A stretch of DNA of 55,528 bases from Candidatus Hydrogenedentota bacterium (GTDB lineage: Bacteria; Hydrogenedentota; Hydrogenedentia; Hydrogenedentales; SLHB01): positions 1 through 55,528 of the forward strand of contig BTWA01000041.1 of NCBI GenBank assembly GCA_045863295.1. The letters are read 5' to 3'. Below the pieces are notes generated by a model. That model searched no databases. It was given only the letters and a program-made list of their open reading frames with translations, and was not told the origin of the DNA. This document shows, piece after piece, positions 1-10,454 of the stretch. How positions within the stretch are numbered: the stretch's first letter is position 1; each line of letters opens with the position of its first letter. A program made the position numbers and the translations under genes.

Positions 1-960
<960 letters not shown>

Positions 961-1102
961 TTATGAGGTCTCATAAAGTCATTAAGGCAAAAAGCAATCG
1001 GCGTCAATAATTACTCCTTACATTCAACTGTCGAGCTTTACAGTTAAATCTGTGTCCGATGCGAAGGCGGCGAAAGCCGTGCTTCGAGTACGGATCATGA
1101 GT

Positions 1103-1221
<119 letters not shown>

Positions 1222-1228
1222 CAAATGT

Positions 1229-1266
1229 AAACGCCCCTGAGGATTTCTCAGGGGCGTTTTACTTTT
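1229..1266 (+). terminator. Rho-independent terminator of the rRNA operon
   Basis: 13-bp stem AAACGCCCCTGAG/CTCAGGGGCGTTT followed by T-rich tract. Confidence 0.9.
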
Positions 1267-1331
1267 GGCCTACGTGGAACTTCCTTTTTGATTTTGCCGC
1301 CCATACGTGCTGATAATGGAATCGAGTCGCA

Positions 1332-2489
1332 TTGGTTGGGAGTTTGCCGGTGCGTTGGGCAATTGCAGACAGCATCCGCGCCAAGTTTTATTTCGGACTT
1401 CGTTCCGCCTTGGTTGTATGCGCCGCAATAGGCGTCGGTTCCGTTTCGCTCGTGGCGGCTCGATGGCAACCGTCTCTCCGCGAACCGGACAATGACCATC
1501 GATTGTTCACGCTGTCAACTTTGCCTGGTGACAACCATGTCGAAAGGTCGTTTTCCACATCCAAAGCCATCAAACACTGCTACGTCGCAGTTCGATTCGC
1601 ATCCCGCGGGAGTCCGGTCCGATTGTCCCTGCGGGGTTCCAATGGCGCGAGTTTTGAGGGCGACGTCGCCGATGGGATCCGGTTCACCTGGGGGAGCGAT
1701 TTTTCTCCGGGCACAACCATTTGGATGTCGGTAGTTAAAGGTCACGATCATCCGGATGTTACCGTATTCGTCGCCAGTCAACCGTTCGTCCGGGCGGGAC
1801 TTACCGGCTGGCAGATTCTGATTCTGCTCTGGATCGCGCTATTTATTGCGTCCGGAATTTTTGCCTGGATTTGTTTGAGTTCGCCCTCTCCAAAGCGACG
1901 AATATTGAGCGCCTATGTATTTAAGATGATAGCGCTTGCCGTTGGGGGCATGTTTTTTTATCTTCTATTTCACGAAGGGGGCCACGCCGTCACGTCCGAA
2001 TACTTTGGAGGCGGTGGCTTTGGTCGAAGCGACATATGGGGCATTCACGGATCGCCCCGTGCCGGAGGGAGTGCGGAACATTTCAAGCCGTGGCAGAGGG
2101 CGGTTACTTCGTTTGCCGGACCCGTTACCCCGACCCTGATTGGATGGTTGCTGTATCTTTGTTGGCGATCCAGTTTTGGTAGTGCCTTTCGATCCCGGCA
2201 CGCCGTTTTCGATCTTTTTCACACCTATCTCACGGGATTCTTGATTCTCCCATTTGCCGTTGTCACTTTACCTATGATGGCGGGGTTATTCAGCGACGGG
2301 GATTGGCGAGGCTTCATAGAGAATGTTCCCGGCGCCCGCTGGCGTGCATATCTTTTGCTTGTTGTAGCCGTAATACTTTCAATCTCAATTATTGCAAGGT
2401 TACTGCCACACTTCCTTCGTCTATTCAGGGACGAAACGGAACGATTGCGAATGGCTTCGCGAAATCCGTTTGCCTCGTCTTCGGCTTGA
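1332..2489 (+). CDS. M50-family (site-2-protease-like) membrane metallopeptidase with N-terminal extracytoplasmic domain
   Basis: HEGGH zinc motif at a TM helix, FAGP motif, distal SDGD, several hydrophobic helices. Start uncertain. Confidence 0.75.
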   Translation: MVGSLPVRWAIADSIRAKFYFGLRSALVVCAAIGVGSVSLVAARWQPSLREPDNDHRLFTLSTLPGDNHVERSFSTSKAIKHCYVAVRFASRGSPVRLSLRGSNGASFEGDVADGIRFTWGSDFSPGTTIWMSVVKGHDHPDVTVFVASQPFVRAGLTGWQILILLWIALFIASGIFAWICLSSPSPKRRILSAYVFKMIALAVGGMFFYLLFHEGGHAVTSEYFGGGGFGRSDIWGIHGSPRAGGSAEHFKPWQRAVTSFAGPVTPTLIGWLLYLCWRSSFGSAFRSRHAVFDLFHTYLTGFLILPFAVVTLPMMAGLFSDGDWRGFIENVPGARWRAYLLLVVAVILSISIIARLLPHFLRLFRDETERLRMASRNPFASSSA

Positions 2490-3605
2490 TCATTGCTTCA
2501 CGCGACGCACCACCATATTCCGAAACTCAACGGCCGTGTGATCTCCTTGGAGATAGATTGGACCTGGACGCGTCACATCAGACCAAAGTGCCCCGCCGGT
2601 GCATCCGGCGACACTCTTGTTGTCAATAATCGTGGCGCCGTTCAAAACTACCGTGACATGCTGCTTGACCAGTGTTATCTCAACCTGTTGCCATTCCCCG
2701 GCCGGGCGTTCCGCACTCGCAGCGGGCGTGATTCGACCGTACAACGCCCCCATAGTATGGGAGTCGACCGGTAATTCATAGCTGTCACGGATTTGAATCT
2801 CGTAGACACCGCGCAAATAGACGCCACTATTGCCATCTTCCGGTACGCGCGTTTCAAACATCAGTTTGAAGTCATCAAAAGTACTCTCGGTCACCAAGTT
2901 CCCGTAGCGAATATGTGGCTGGCTTGGCTGTTGAACTGGGTTATTGCGCAGAACGCCGTCTCGCACCGACCAGCCGCTCTGAACGGCTTCGTCCGTCGGT
3001 ATCCAGCCCAGAGAATCCTTGCCGGTCGAATCTTTGCCGGTTACTCCCCAATGTGCGCCTCCGGCGACCACCCATCCATTGAGGCTCTTTCCGTCAAACA
3101 GAACTTCCGGCTCACCAAACTGAATCGTGGCAAGGTCGGGGCGAGGCGGTATGGGGGACATTCGCTGGCCCGTGAACGACTGGCGGTACGCAGATTCACC
3201 CATCGGCGCCGGCTCCAGAAGAGTCCCGGACAGGACATCGTTGTTCAGCGTGGCGGTTAACAGGATTAAGTGCGGGATTGCCGCAACGTTGGCGGGGTCA
3301 TACACCATTCTCACGCCGTGAAGCGAATCGCCGTCTCGAAAAATCCGAACGAATGGCTCGGGGCTTCCGCCGATCCAAAGCAGTGACCCTGAAATCAGAC
3401 CGTCGCGCCTTTCGATTTCCAGACAGGCCGCTCCGCCTGACTCGGGGTCGAGTGCCCATCGTCCAATGAACGGATTGTCTTCGGCGAAAGCTGTCAATAT
3501 GAAAACAAGAGGCATGGCAAAAAGTACATGTGCCAGCAAGGTCTGCATCCTTTTCACGTCAGATGAATGAAACGAACCGGCAAAGCAGTGTAAACGCGCG
3601 CTCAT
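2490..3605 (-). CDS. Secreted DUF1080 (3-keto-disaccharide hydrolase-like) domain protein
   Basis: LFDGKSLNGW, GNSGVYLRG..EIQI, GEWQQVEIT, GPIYLQGDH..VEFRN motifs; signal peptide. ATG overlaps the hxlR-like stop; alternative start 3548. Confidence 0.85.
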   Translation of the reverse strand: MSARLHCFAGSFHSSDVKRMQTLLAHVLFAMPLVFILTAFAEDNPFIGRWALDPESGGAACLEIERRDGLISGSLLWIGGSPEPFVRIFRDGDSLHGVRMVYDPANVAAIPHLILLTATLNNDVLSGTLLEPAPMGESAYRQSFTGQRMSPIPPRPDLATIQFGEPEVLFDGKSLNGWVVAGGAHWGVTGKDSTGKDSLGWIPTDEAVQSGWSVRDGVLRNNPVQQPSQPHIRYGNLVTESTFDDFKLMFETRVPEDGNSGVYLRGVYEIQIRDSYELPVDSHTMGALYGRITPAASAERPAGEWQQVEITLVKQHVTVVLNGATIIDNKSVAGCTGGALWSDVTRPGPIYLQGDHTAVEFRNMVVRRVKQ

Positions 3606-3976
3606 CCCTTGATCGACATCTTCCTCGTTTTGGTATCGCTACTGCTTCCATACCACCGTTCGGCGATTTTGTCCAACTCAGTCATAACAGGATCCAATTC
3701 GAGCACGCGTTCGGCCAGGGTATACGTTACTTGGGGGGGGACAGTGGGTTCATAGTGCCGATGAATCCAACCTTCGGCCTCCAACATCCGCAGTCGCTCG
3801 GTCAATGTCTTGGTAGAAATAGTCCCAAGGCTCCGCTTCAATTCTCCAAAGCGCTTGGGGCCTCCCATGTGGAGCCTGTGAAGGAGCAGCATGGTCCAGG
3901 GGCTGGAAAGGATTCCGAGTAGTCTCGCCAACGGCTCATGGACATTGTTGGGGTCTTTTACGATAGGCTTGGCCAT
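3602..3976 (-). CDS. HxlR-family winged-helix transcriptional regulator
   Basis: RFGELKRSLGTISTKTLTERLRMLEAEGWIHR..PTVPPQVTYTL signature; start ATG 3976 with AGGGA RBS. Confidence 0.92.
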   Translation of the reverse strand: MAKPIVKDPNNVHEPLARLLGILSSPWTMLLLHRLHMGGPKRFGELKRSLGTISTKTLTERLRMLEAEGWIHRHYEPTVPPQVTYTLAERVLELDPVMTELDKIAERWYGSSSDTKTRKMSIKG

Positions 3977-4007
3977 ACTTTCCCTTTGTAAAGCCACTTT
4001 GCTTAGA

Positions 4008-4050
4008 GAAGCTACTTTACAAAAGTAACAATTGATTGTAAAGTTGCTTC
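4008..4050. promoter_or_regulatory. Putative operator between the divergent hxlR-like and SnoaL-like genes
   Basis: 15-bp inverted repeat GAAGCTACTTTACAA / TTGTAAAGTTGCTTC (1 mismatch) overlapping palindrome TACTTT-ACA-AAAGTA (4013-4027). Confidence 0.55.
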
Positions 4051-4115
4051 CGGGCCGTGCAACTGGCGCGCGGGCCATCTTAGCGCAAAGTCCACCCGAG
4101 AAAGGAATTCAAGTC

Positions 4116-4457
4116 ATGTCCAACACGCATCCATTGGCTCAGGCCTACATGCACGCAGTAAACTCGAAGGACGTTTCCAAGTTTCGTTCCCTTTTTGCGG
4201 AAGATGCTGAAGTAAATGACGCGGGTTGCTCATTTGCAGGGACGGAGGCCATAAGAAAGTGGAGTGACCGGGAGATTTTTGAAGCATCCGTTACCCTTGA
4301 GCTTATCGACGCGTCAGCAGAAGAAAATGATATTACGATCAAGACCATCGTCGATGGGAATTTTGACAAGGCGGGTCTCCCCGATCCGCTTGTCATTACG
4401 CATCGCATTTTGATCCGTGACAACAAGATAGCAAAGCTCGTGTGCCAGTTGGGCTGA
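4116..4457 (+). CDS. SnoaL-like / NTF2-fold protein
   Basis: YMHAVNSKD....LFAEDAEVNDAG..F.GTEAIRKW pattern; AAAGGA RBS before ATG 4116. Confidence 0.85.
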   Translation: MSNTHPLAQAYMHAVNSKDVSKFRSLFAEDAEVNDAGCSFAGTEAIRKWSDREIFEASVTLELIDASAEENDITIKTIVDGNFDKAGLPDPLVITHRILIRDNKIAKLVCQLG

Positions 4458-4556
4458 ACTTTTCTCAAGCAAACTGCTCCGAATAGCGTTCTCAATTTCG
4501 ATAGCCTCGCGGAATTTTCATTCGCGTGATCGAAGCATCAACTCGTGGCGAACTCC

Positions 4557-4830
4557 ATGTCAGATCCATCAATGGCATCGGACAACAGCCGTGGACGTCT
4601 GAATCCCCGGATGTTGGATCTGCTATCTGGAATTGTAATGGCCCATGGCTGGCGGTACCGTGGCACGGTTGGGCACGAAGCCGGAGCCTTGGTGCCATGG
4701 GCCATGTTAGGACTGGCGATATGAGACGCATCGGGTCGGCGCGACTGACATCGCCGAGCAGCGGTGTCCGGCCGTCGCATGGCTGAGTATCCGGTCGTAC
4801 GACCGGATCACAGGCCATCTCGACGTGGGT
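4557..4830 (+). pseudogene. Degraded remnant of an uncharacterised membrane-protein gene
   Basis: Frame from ATG 4557 reads ...GIVMAHGWRYRGTVGHEAGALVPWAMLGLAI*DASGRRD*HRRAAV. This resembles from memory a G-W-x-x-R-G-x-x-G-H-E-x-G-A membrane-protein motif followed by SGRxDWxRR. In-frame TGA stops at 4722 and 4746. Confidence 0.45.
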
Positions 4831-4970
4831 AGTACAGACCTCACCTTTCAGAATCATTGCATGTACTTTGACTGGCAACCCTACAAAGACCGCATGGCCA
4901 GTTCTGAACAAGAGCCTCAAAGGGTTCTATGACTGACCTGTTTTAGTGAATGAAATATCCGCTGGATGAC

Positions 4971-5009
4971 AAAAAATGAGGACGGAAGGGCGACTCGCCC
5001 TTCCGTCCT
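4971..5009 (-). terminator. Rho-independent terminator of the glycine-zipper lipoprotein gene
   Basis: Stem AGGACGGAAGGGCG/CGCCCTTCCGTCCT with A6 on the + side (U tract on the - strand). Confidence 0.88.
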
Positions 5010-5025
5010 GCCTACGTGCCAATCG

Positions 5026-5394
5026 TCAGTTTTCCGGCACCCAAACGCGCTCTTCGTACGTTTCGCCGGACTGTGTTGTCACGGTGCGCGTTTCCCAGTG
5101 TCCCCGTTGCGATGGCTGAGACGCAGGGGGCGGTGCGGATGCTTGCCGCGCCGCACGGCGATCGCGGCGCTCATCGACCTGATCGCCGATCAGTGCTCCG
5201 GTAATCGCGCCTACGCCGGCGCCAATCAAAGCGCCCTCGCCTTGTTTGCCCGATTGATGGCCAATAATGGCGCCCGCACCGGCGCCAATCGCCGCGCCGG
5301 CTACTGCGCCGTCCTGCGTAGGGGTCGTGTTGCAGCCCACCAACGAAGCGGACGCCATGGCCCCCAAAGTCAGCAGCGTTGCAAGCTTCTTCAT
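5026..5394 (-). CDS. Glycine-zipper lipoprotein
   Basis: Lipobox LVG-C after signal peptide; GAVAGAAIGAGAGAIIG..GALIGAGVGAITGALIG zipper; GAGGA RBS. Confidence 0.9.
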   Translation of the reverse strand: MKKLATLLTLGAMASASLVGCNTTPTQDGAVAGAAIGAGAGAIIGHQSGKQGEGALIGAGVGAITGALIGDQVDERRDRRAARQASAPPPASQPSQRGHWETRTVTTQSGETYEERVWVPEN

Positions 5395-5619
5395 GTTTCT
5401 ATCCTCACTTTACTGTCATTTGACTTCTATCCGGCCTTCACAAGAAACGATACCACATCCGGTACTTCTCATAACGGCACAAAACAGGACGACATTCCCC
5501 AAAGCCTATTCAACGAGTCGTAAGATATTGATTGCAAGGGGCTTGTAGTGTTCTAATCGGGCGTTGGCGATCCGTTCCATATTCAGCCGATACTATCCCC
5601 GCAAGAAGGATTTGGATTC

Positions 5620-6846
5620 ATGCCGTTGCCTCCCCTGCGATATCTTGATATCTCTCCCGTCGAACACAACGGCGAAACGATGATTTGTTTTCGCGATCAG
5701 GAGGGATATGTCGAAGACCCGATTGTGCTGAGTCCGCTGGCGTTCTTTATTGCGGCCAAGCTCGACGGCGAACGCGAAGTGGAAGATATTCAATCGGCGT
5801 TTTTCGAAGAATCCGGAGGCCGCACTTTGGAGTCGAAAGAGATTTTGAGCGTTGTTTCGTTTTTGGAGGAGCATGGGTTTCTCTATTCGCAAACATTTCT
5901 GAACCTGCGAGACAGAGTTATCCAAGAATACCAGGAGTCCGAGGTACGACCCGCGTATCTGGCGGGGAGATCCTACCCGTCCGATAGTACAACCCTCCGT
6001 CAGATTATCGATTCCTTCTTCACCTGCGGTGAAGGACCCGGGCGATTGGCCGCAGTGACCTCTTCGTCAGCGGATCGGGTTCGCTGCGTCATTGTGCCGC
6101 ACATAGACTTTGATCGCGGTGGGCCGGTGTACGCCCATGGCTATCTTCCGCTATTTGAAGGACCCAAGCCGGATGCCGTTGTAGTATTTGGGGTGGCCCA
6201 CGCCGGGGCGTCGACTCCGTTCGTCTTGACACGTAAAGATTTTGAAACGCCGTTTGGAGTGGTTCCAGCCGACCGTATGTTTATAGAAGAGATTGCCGGC
6301 AAGTGTGGCTTTGATCCATTCGAAGACGAGATCGTCCACCGAACGGAACACTCCGTGGAGTTCCAAGCGGTCATGCTGGCCTATCATTACGGTACTTCTG
6401 TTCCCATCGTTCCAATCCTCTGTGGGCCATTCGGATCCGAAGACGAACCCATTCACCCTGAATTTCGCGATTCGATCGCGGCATTCTTGGACAAGTGCGC
6501 CACCTATGCTGGCAACGAAGGCAAGTACATCGTGGTGCTCGCCGGTGCCGATTTAGCGCACGTTGGCCATCGATTTGGCGACGAATTCGATGTAGACGAC
6601 GAAATTCTTGCCCAAGTCTTGCGGCGGGATGAAGAAGACCTTTTCGCGGCGCAAACGGGCGATGCCGAGACGTGGTACGCCAGCGTCTTGAAGGACGGAA
6701 ATGCCCGGCGCGTTTGTGGTCTGAATTGCGTTTTCAGCGCGCTGAAATCCGCGGGCAGGCTGCGCCCGGGCACACTTCATCGCCATTCTCATGCCCCGGA
6801 TCCGGCCGGGGGGATTGTCAGTTTTGCGGGCATGACATTCCGGTAG
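5620..6846 (+). CDS. MEMO1-family protein (AmmeMemoRadiSam system protein B), long form
   Basis: VRPAYLAGRSYP, IVPHID, HRTEHSVEFQ, ADLAHVG.RFGD, VCG and GIVSFA motifs. Confidence 0.9.
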   Translation: MPLPPLRYLDISPVEHNGETMICFRDQEGYVEDPIVLSPLAFFIAAKLDGEREVEDIQSAFFEESGGRTLESKEILSVVSFLEEHGFLYSQTFLNLRDRVIQEYQESEVRPAYLAGRSYPSDSTTLRQIIDSFFTCGEGPGRLAAVTSSSADRVRCVIVPHIDFDRGGPVYAHGYLPLFEGPKPDAVVVFGVAHAGASTPFVLTRKDFETPFGVVPADRMFIEEIAGKCGFDPFEDEIVHRTEHSVEFQAVMLAYHYGTSVPIVPILCGPFGSEDEPIHPEFRDSIAAFLDKCATYAGNEGKYIVVLAGADLAHVGHRFGDEFDVDDEILAQVLRRDEEDLFAAQTGDAETWYASVLKDGNARRVCGLNCVFSALKSAGRLRPGTLHRHSHAPDPAGGIVSFAGMTFR

Positions 6847-6997
6847 TGGGTCCGTCAGGGGTCAGTTGCGCCCCTCGATTTTCAAAGGTAAATTCTAGCC
6901 ATCAATCAAAGTATTATTGCTTTTGTGTATTTTTACGCGTAGACTGGAAACTAGAGCAAGGTTTTTTTCGATCTCTGCTGGCGAGGCACATCAAGAC

Positions 6998-8563
6998 GTG
7001 GATCTATCCAGTGTAAAGCCGAGGGCGCTCGTCGTTGATGACGCGCCTGAAATACTTCACGTCCTTACAGAAACACTGAAGGGTGAGTACGCCGTTGTGG
7101 CAGCGACAACTGGCGAAAAGGCCCTAGAATTGGTAGCAAAGACGCCGTACCCATCGGTGATTCTACTTGATGTAATGCTTCCCGGGATCGACGGTTTTGA
7201 GGTCTGCCGCTGCATCAAGGAGTCCCATGCCCTTAAGGACATTCCGGTGCTTTTTGTCTCTGCGGTGACAGAGACCATGGATAAGGTTAAAGGGTTTGAA
7301 CTGGGCGGCGTAGACTACATCACCAAACCAATTCAGCCCGAAGAAGTGCGGGCTCGCGTGAACACCCATGTTCGCCTTTATCAGTTGCAGCGGGACTATC
7401 TGCTGGCCAAACTCGCCGCGGAGAAGGCTTCTACCGCCAAGTCTTCGTTCTTGTCCGCTGTGAGTCACGATTTGCGGTCGCCGTTGGGGATAATTCTTGG
7501 ATCTGCGGACCTTCTACAGCAGTCTGAGCTTGGCCCGATGAACGATCAGCAGCGTGAAAATCTGAATCGGGTCATTGAGAGCGGAAATGTGTTGCTCCAG
7601 CGAGTCAATGATATCATCGATTTTACGCAGATCGATGTAGATGAGTCCGACCTGCATTTTGAGTCTCTCGATGCAACGGAACAGGTCAACGCCATTCTCA
7701 GTTCATTTCAAACCGCCGCCCTCCACAAGGGAATTAAAGTTAAGGTAATCTCGGAAGCAGGTTTACCTCCGATATGGGCCGATCGGTTGCGTTGTCGGCA
7801 GATATTGATGAACCTCATTGACAACGCTGTCAAGCACACACCTAATGGCGGAAGCGTGACAATCGGCGTCGAGATGGCCGAGAATCACCGGTGCCGGTTT
7901 TCCATATCAGACAACGGACCCGGACTACCGGCGAGTGTGAGTGATGCTCTGTTTACCGATCAGCATCTAACCGATCTGTTGCGAGAGGCCGCACACACCG
8001 GAAAAGGAATAGGGCTTGCCACGTGCCGTCGTTACGTGCTGTTGCACAGTGGGGAAATAGGCGTATCGAGTAAATTGGGGCAAGGCAGCACCTTTTGGTT
8101 CACAATTCCCCTGGCAGACAAGGCCGCCTGTCCAGTCGTACCAGCTTCACAGCAGAGGCCTCCCTTGCCGGTCGATGGGAAGAGATTCCTCGGCCGGAAG
8201 GCCCTCATCATCGATGCCGATATGCAATGCCAGAATATTCTCGAAACCATGTTGTCCATGGAAGGTCTGAAAGTGGCCGCCACTCCTTCGGTTGGAGATG
8301 CCTGCCGACGATTTGCAGCACAACATTTCGATGTCATTTTTTCTGACCTGGTAACCCCGGGCGTGAATGGCGCAGATGCGGTTCCAACTTTGCGAAAGCA
8401 TTTCCGGCAGAAGGACTTGCCAATCATCATCACGTCTTCAATTTCCGACAACCGGGTGGTGCGCACGTGTATTGCGCAAGGTGTGCAGGATTACTTGATC
8501 AAACCCCTTCGCCGCGAGCTACTCATTCCCCGGCTCGAATTGCTCTTTCGGCAGGGAAAATAG
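6998..8563 (+). CDS. Cytoplasmic hybrid histidine kinase (REC-HisKA-HATPase-REC)
   Basis: VVDD..LLDVMLPG..KP receiver; SHDLRSPL H-box; NLIDNAVK N-box; DNGPG and GKGIGL; C-terminal receiver. ORF open from 6917, GTG 6998 preferred. Confidence 0.92.
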   Translation: MDLSSVKPRALVVDDAPEILHVLTETLKGEYAVVAATTGEKALELVAKTPYPSVILLDVMLPGIDGFEVCRCIKESHALKDIPVLFVSAVTETMDKVKGFELGGVDYITKPIQPEEVRARVNTHVRLYQLQRDYLLAKLAAEKASTAKSSFLSAVSHDLRSPLGIILGSADLLQQSELGPMNDQQRENLNRVIESGNVLLQRVNDIIDFTQIDVDESDLHFESLDATEQVNAILSSFQTAALHKGIKVKVISEAGLPPIWADRLRCRQILMNLIDNAVKHTPNGGSVTIGVEMAENHRCRFSISDNGPGLPASVSDALFTDQHLTDLLREAAHTGKGIGLATCRRYVLLHSGEIGVSSKLGQGSTFWFTIPLADKAACPVVPASQQRPPLPVDGKRFLGRKALIIDADMQCQNILETMLSMEGLKVAATPSVGDACRRFAAQHFDVIFSDLVTPGVNGADAVPTLRKHFRQKDLPIIITSSISDNRVVRTCIAQGVQDYLIKPLRRELLIPRLELLFRQGK

Positions 8564-8710
8564 ATGCGTTCAAGTCTGGACAAGTCGGCCCGGTAAATGG
8601 ATATACTGAACGGTAGTACAATACCAACCGAAGGTTCTGTACGTGGGTGGTCAGCACCCATGGATGGCGGCGGCAAGGTGGATCAGATTTTAACGGTGGA
8701 GGGACCGGAC

Positions 8711-9529
8711 GTGTCTTTAGTACACGCGAATCATCCCAAATTCCGGCTGAGCGACGGCCAGAAGGATTTCTACGAGAAGAATGGTTATCTGCTGGTCGAG
8801 GGGGTGCTCAGTCCAGAGGAAGTTGACCGTTATAAAGCGCGGGCGCGCGAGATTATATTGAGTGGGGGGCCACCCGGCGCCGGGAAGACCATTGTACGCG
8901 ATGTGCGCGTAGCCAAGGGTGAGTACATTCCAGACGATCCTGAAAAAGGCGTATGGAAACTGTTACAGCCCGACTGGTATGACGACTTGTTCAAGGCGTA
9001 TCCCGAGCATCCCAAGTTGCTTGATGTGTCCGAGACTTTTATCGGAGAGGACATTAAGGCATTTCTTACGATGATGATCTACAAGCCACCAGGAGTGGAA
9101 GCCGATCATCCGTTTCACCAAGATGCCTTTTACTTTACCTTTGGACCCCACGACCAGATACTAGGTACGTGGGTGGCTCTGGATCCGACCGACGAGGATA
9201 ACGGAACTCTCGTGGTCATTCCCGGTTCGCACAAGCTCAATCTGATCAACCACGATGTTCCCAAGGCTGATAAAGTGAACTTCGGCGTGTTTGGCGCGGA
9301 GGGGTTTGAAGGGCCCCATCCCGATGAGGTTGCGTTGCGGTTGCAACCAGGCGATGGTGCGTTCTTTCACTCCCGCACGTTGCATCGCACGGGACCCAAT
9401 TTGACCGATCGTCACCGGCGTGTTCTGACGGTTCATATGGCCAGCGCCAAGTGCAAGCCAACCGGCGACGTATTGCCCCAGCTGAAATTCAGGCTCGTGC
9501 GCGGACAGGAGTACAGCGGCTGCATTTAG
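8711..9529 (+). CDS. PhyH-family Fe(II)/2-oxoglutarate dioxygenase
   Basis: FYEKNGYLLVEGVLS, HQD facial-triad motif, WVALD..NGTL..IPGSH, LHRTGPN; GGAGGG RBS before GTG 8711. Confidence 0.92.
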   Translation: MSLVHANHPKFRLSDGQKDFYEKNGYLLVEGVLSPEEVDRYKARAREIILSGGPPGAGKTIVRDVRVAKGEYIPDDPEKGVWKLLQPDWYDDLFKAYPEHPKLLDVSETFIGEDIKAFLTMMIYKPPGVEADHPFHQDAFYFTFGPHDQILGTWVALDPTDEDNGTLVVIPGSHKLNLINHDVPKADKVNFGVFGAEGFEGPHPDEVALRLQPGDGAFFHSRTLHRTGPNLTDRHRRVLTVHMASAKCKPTGDVLPQLKFRLVRGQEYSGCI

Positions 9530-9662
9530 ACGTCACCCTGCAAACAGCATACAGGCACGGCTTGAGCCCAGCCAGATGCGAACGACCGCCATCGGCCGAT
9601 TGTGGTAATCGCATGCGTCAAGCGCTCGGGGGCCAATAGCCTACCATCGTGCTTGATGCGCG

Positions 9663-10454
9663 CTATTTCCCGACAAATCGGGCCTCGCGGCGCTCGACAA
9701 ACGAGGCTACGCCTTCGGCGGCATCCGCAGTGGACGAAAGCCTCCGGTTGGCCTCTTTGAAACCGGCGACCGCGGCGGATTCACCTTGCAACAGGTAGGT
9801 GAGCGAGGATGCTTTGGTTTCCCGCACAGCGAGCGGGGCGAGTTTTGCAATTTCTTCCGCGATGGCGATTGCCCGATCCAATTGCGTGCCCTGTTCGACC
9901 ACTTCCTGAACGAGTCCGATCCGGTAGGCTTCGCTGGCGGTAAACTCGTCTGCTCGCAGCAGGTGATACATGGCGTTGCCCCAGCCACACCGTTGTACAA
10001 AACGGATTGTGGCACCGCCCGTGGCAGAGATGGCACGTTTGGGTTCCAGTTGCGAAAAGCGGCAGTCAGCGGACGCAACAACAATGTCGCAGGCCAGCAT
10101 CATTTCGATGCCCGCGGTGAAACAGATGCCCTGCACTGCGCAGACTACCGGCTTCGAACATTTCTGGTGAAGACCAAAGATATCCACTCCATTGTTTGCA
10201 ACCAAATCACGCCCTGATTGCATCCATTCGACGAACTTGGGCAGGTCGAGTCCCGCGGTAAAATGCGATCCGTGCGCAAACAACACCATGACCCACAGGT
10301 CTGAATCGCGCTCGAACGCGTTGTAGGCCTTAGTCAATTCATCGAACATTTTGGGTGTCAGCCCGTTTCGCTTTTCCGGACGGTCTATCCCCGCCAGGAA
10401 TATGCGGCCATGGACTTCAGTGCTTATCTGGCCATCGGGATGCCGGTTGATCAT
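9663..10454 (-). CDS. Enoyl-CoA hydratase/crotonase family protein
   Basis: RPEKRN, FTAGLDL, KPVVCAVQG.CFTAGIE, EGVASFVERR motifs; ATG overlaps the sulfatase stop. Confidence 0.93.
   Translation of the reverse strand: MINRHPDGQISTEVHGRIFLAGIDRPEKRNGLTPKMFDELTKAYNAFERDSDLWVMVLFAHGSHFTAGLDLPKFVEWMQSGRDLVANNGVDIFGLHQKCSKPVVCAVQGICFTAGIEMMLACDIVVASADCRFSQLEPKRAISATGGATIRFVQRCGWGNAMYHLLRADEFTASEAYRIGLVQEVVEQGTQLDRAIAIAEEIAKLAPLAVRETKASSLTYLLQGESAAVAGFKEANRRLSSTADAAEGVASFVERREARFVGK

Noticed and set aside
4722..4748. TGA recoding (Trp or Sec) in the interrupted frame
   Set aside because: TGA is the normal stop of many intact genes here and the surrounding sequence looks eroded; pseudogenisation is simpler.
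4966..5523. 185-aa + strand ORF
   Set aside because: Antisense to the glycine-zipper lipoprotein, which has a lipobox, RBS and terminator.
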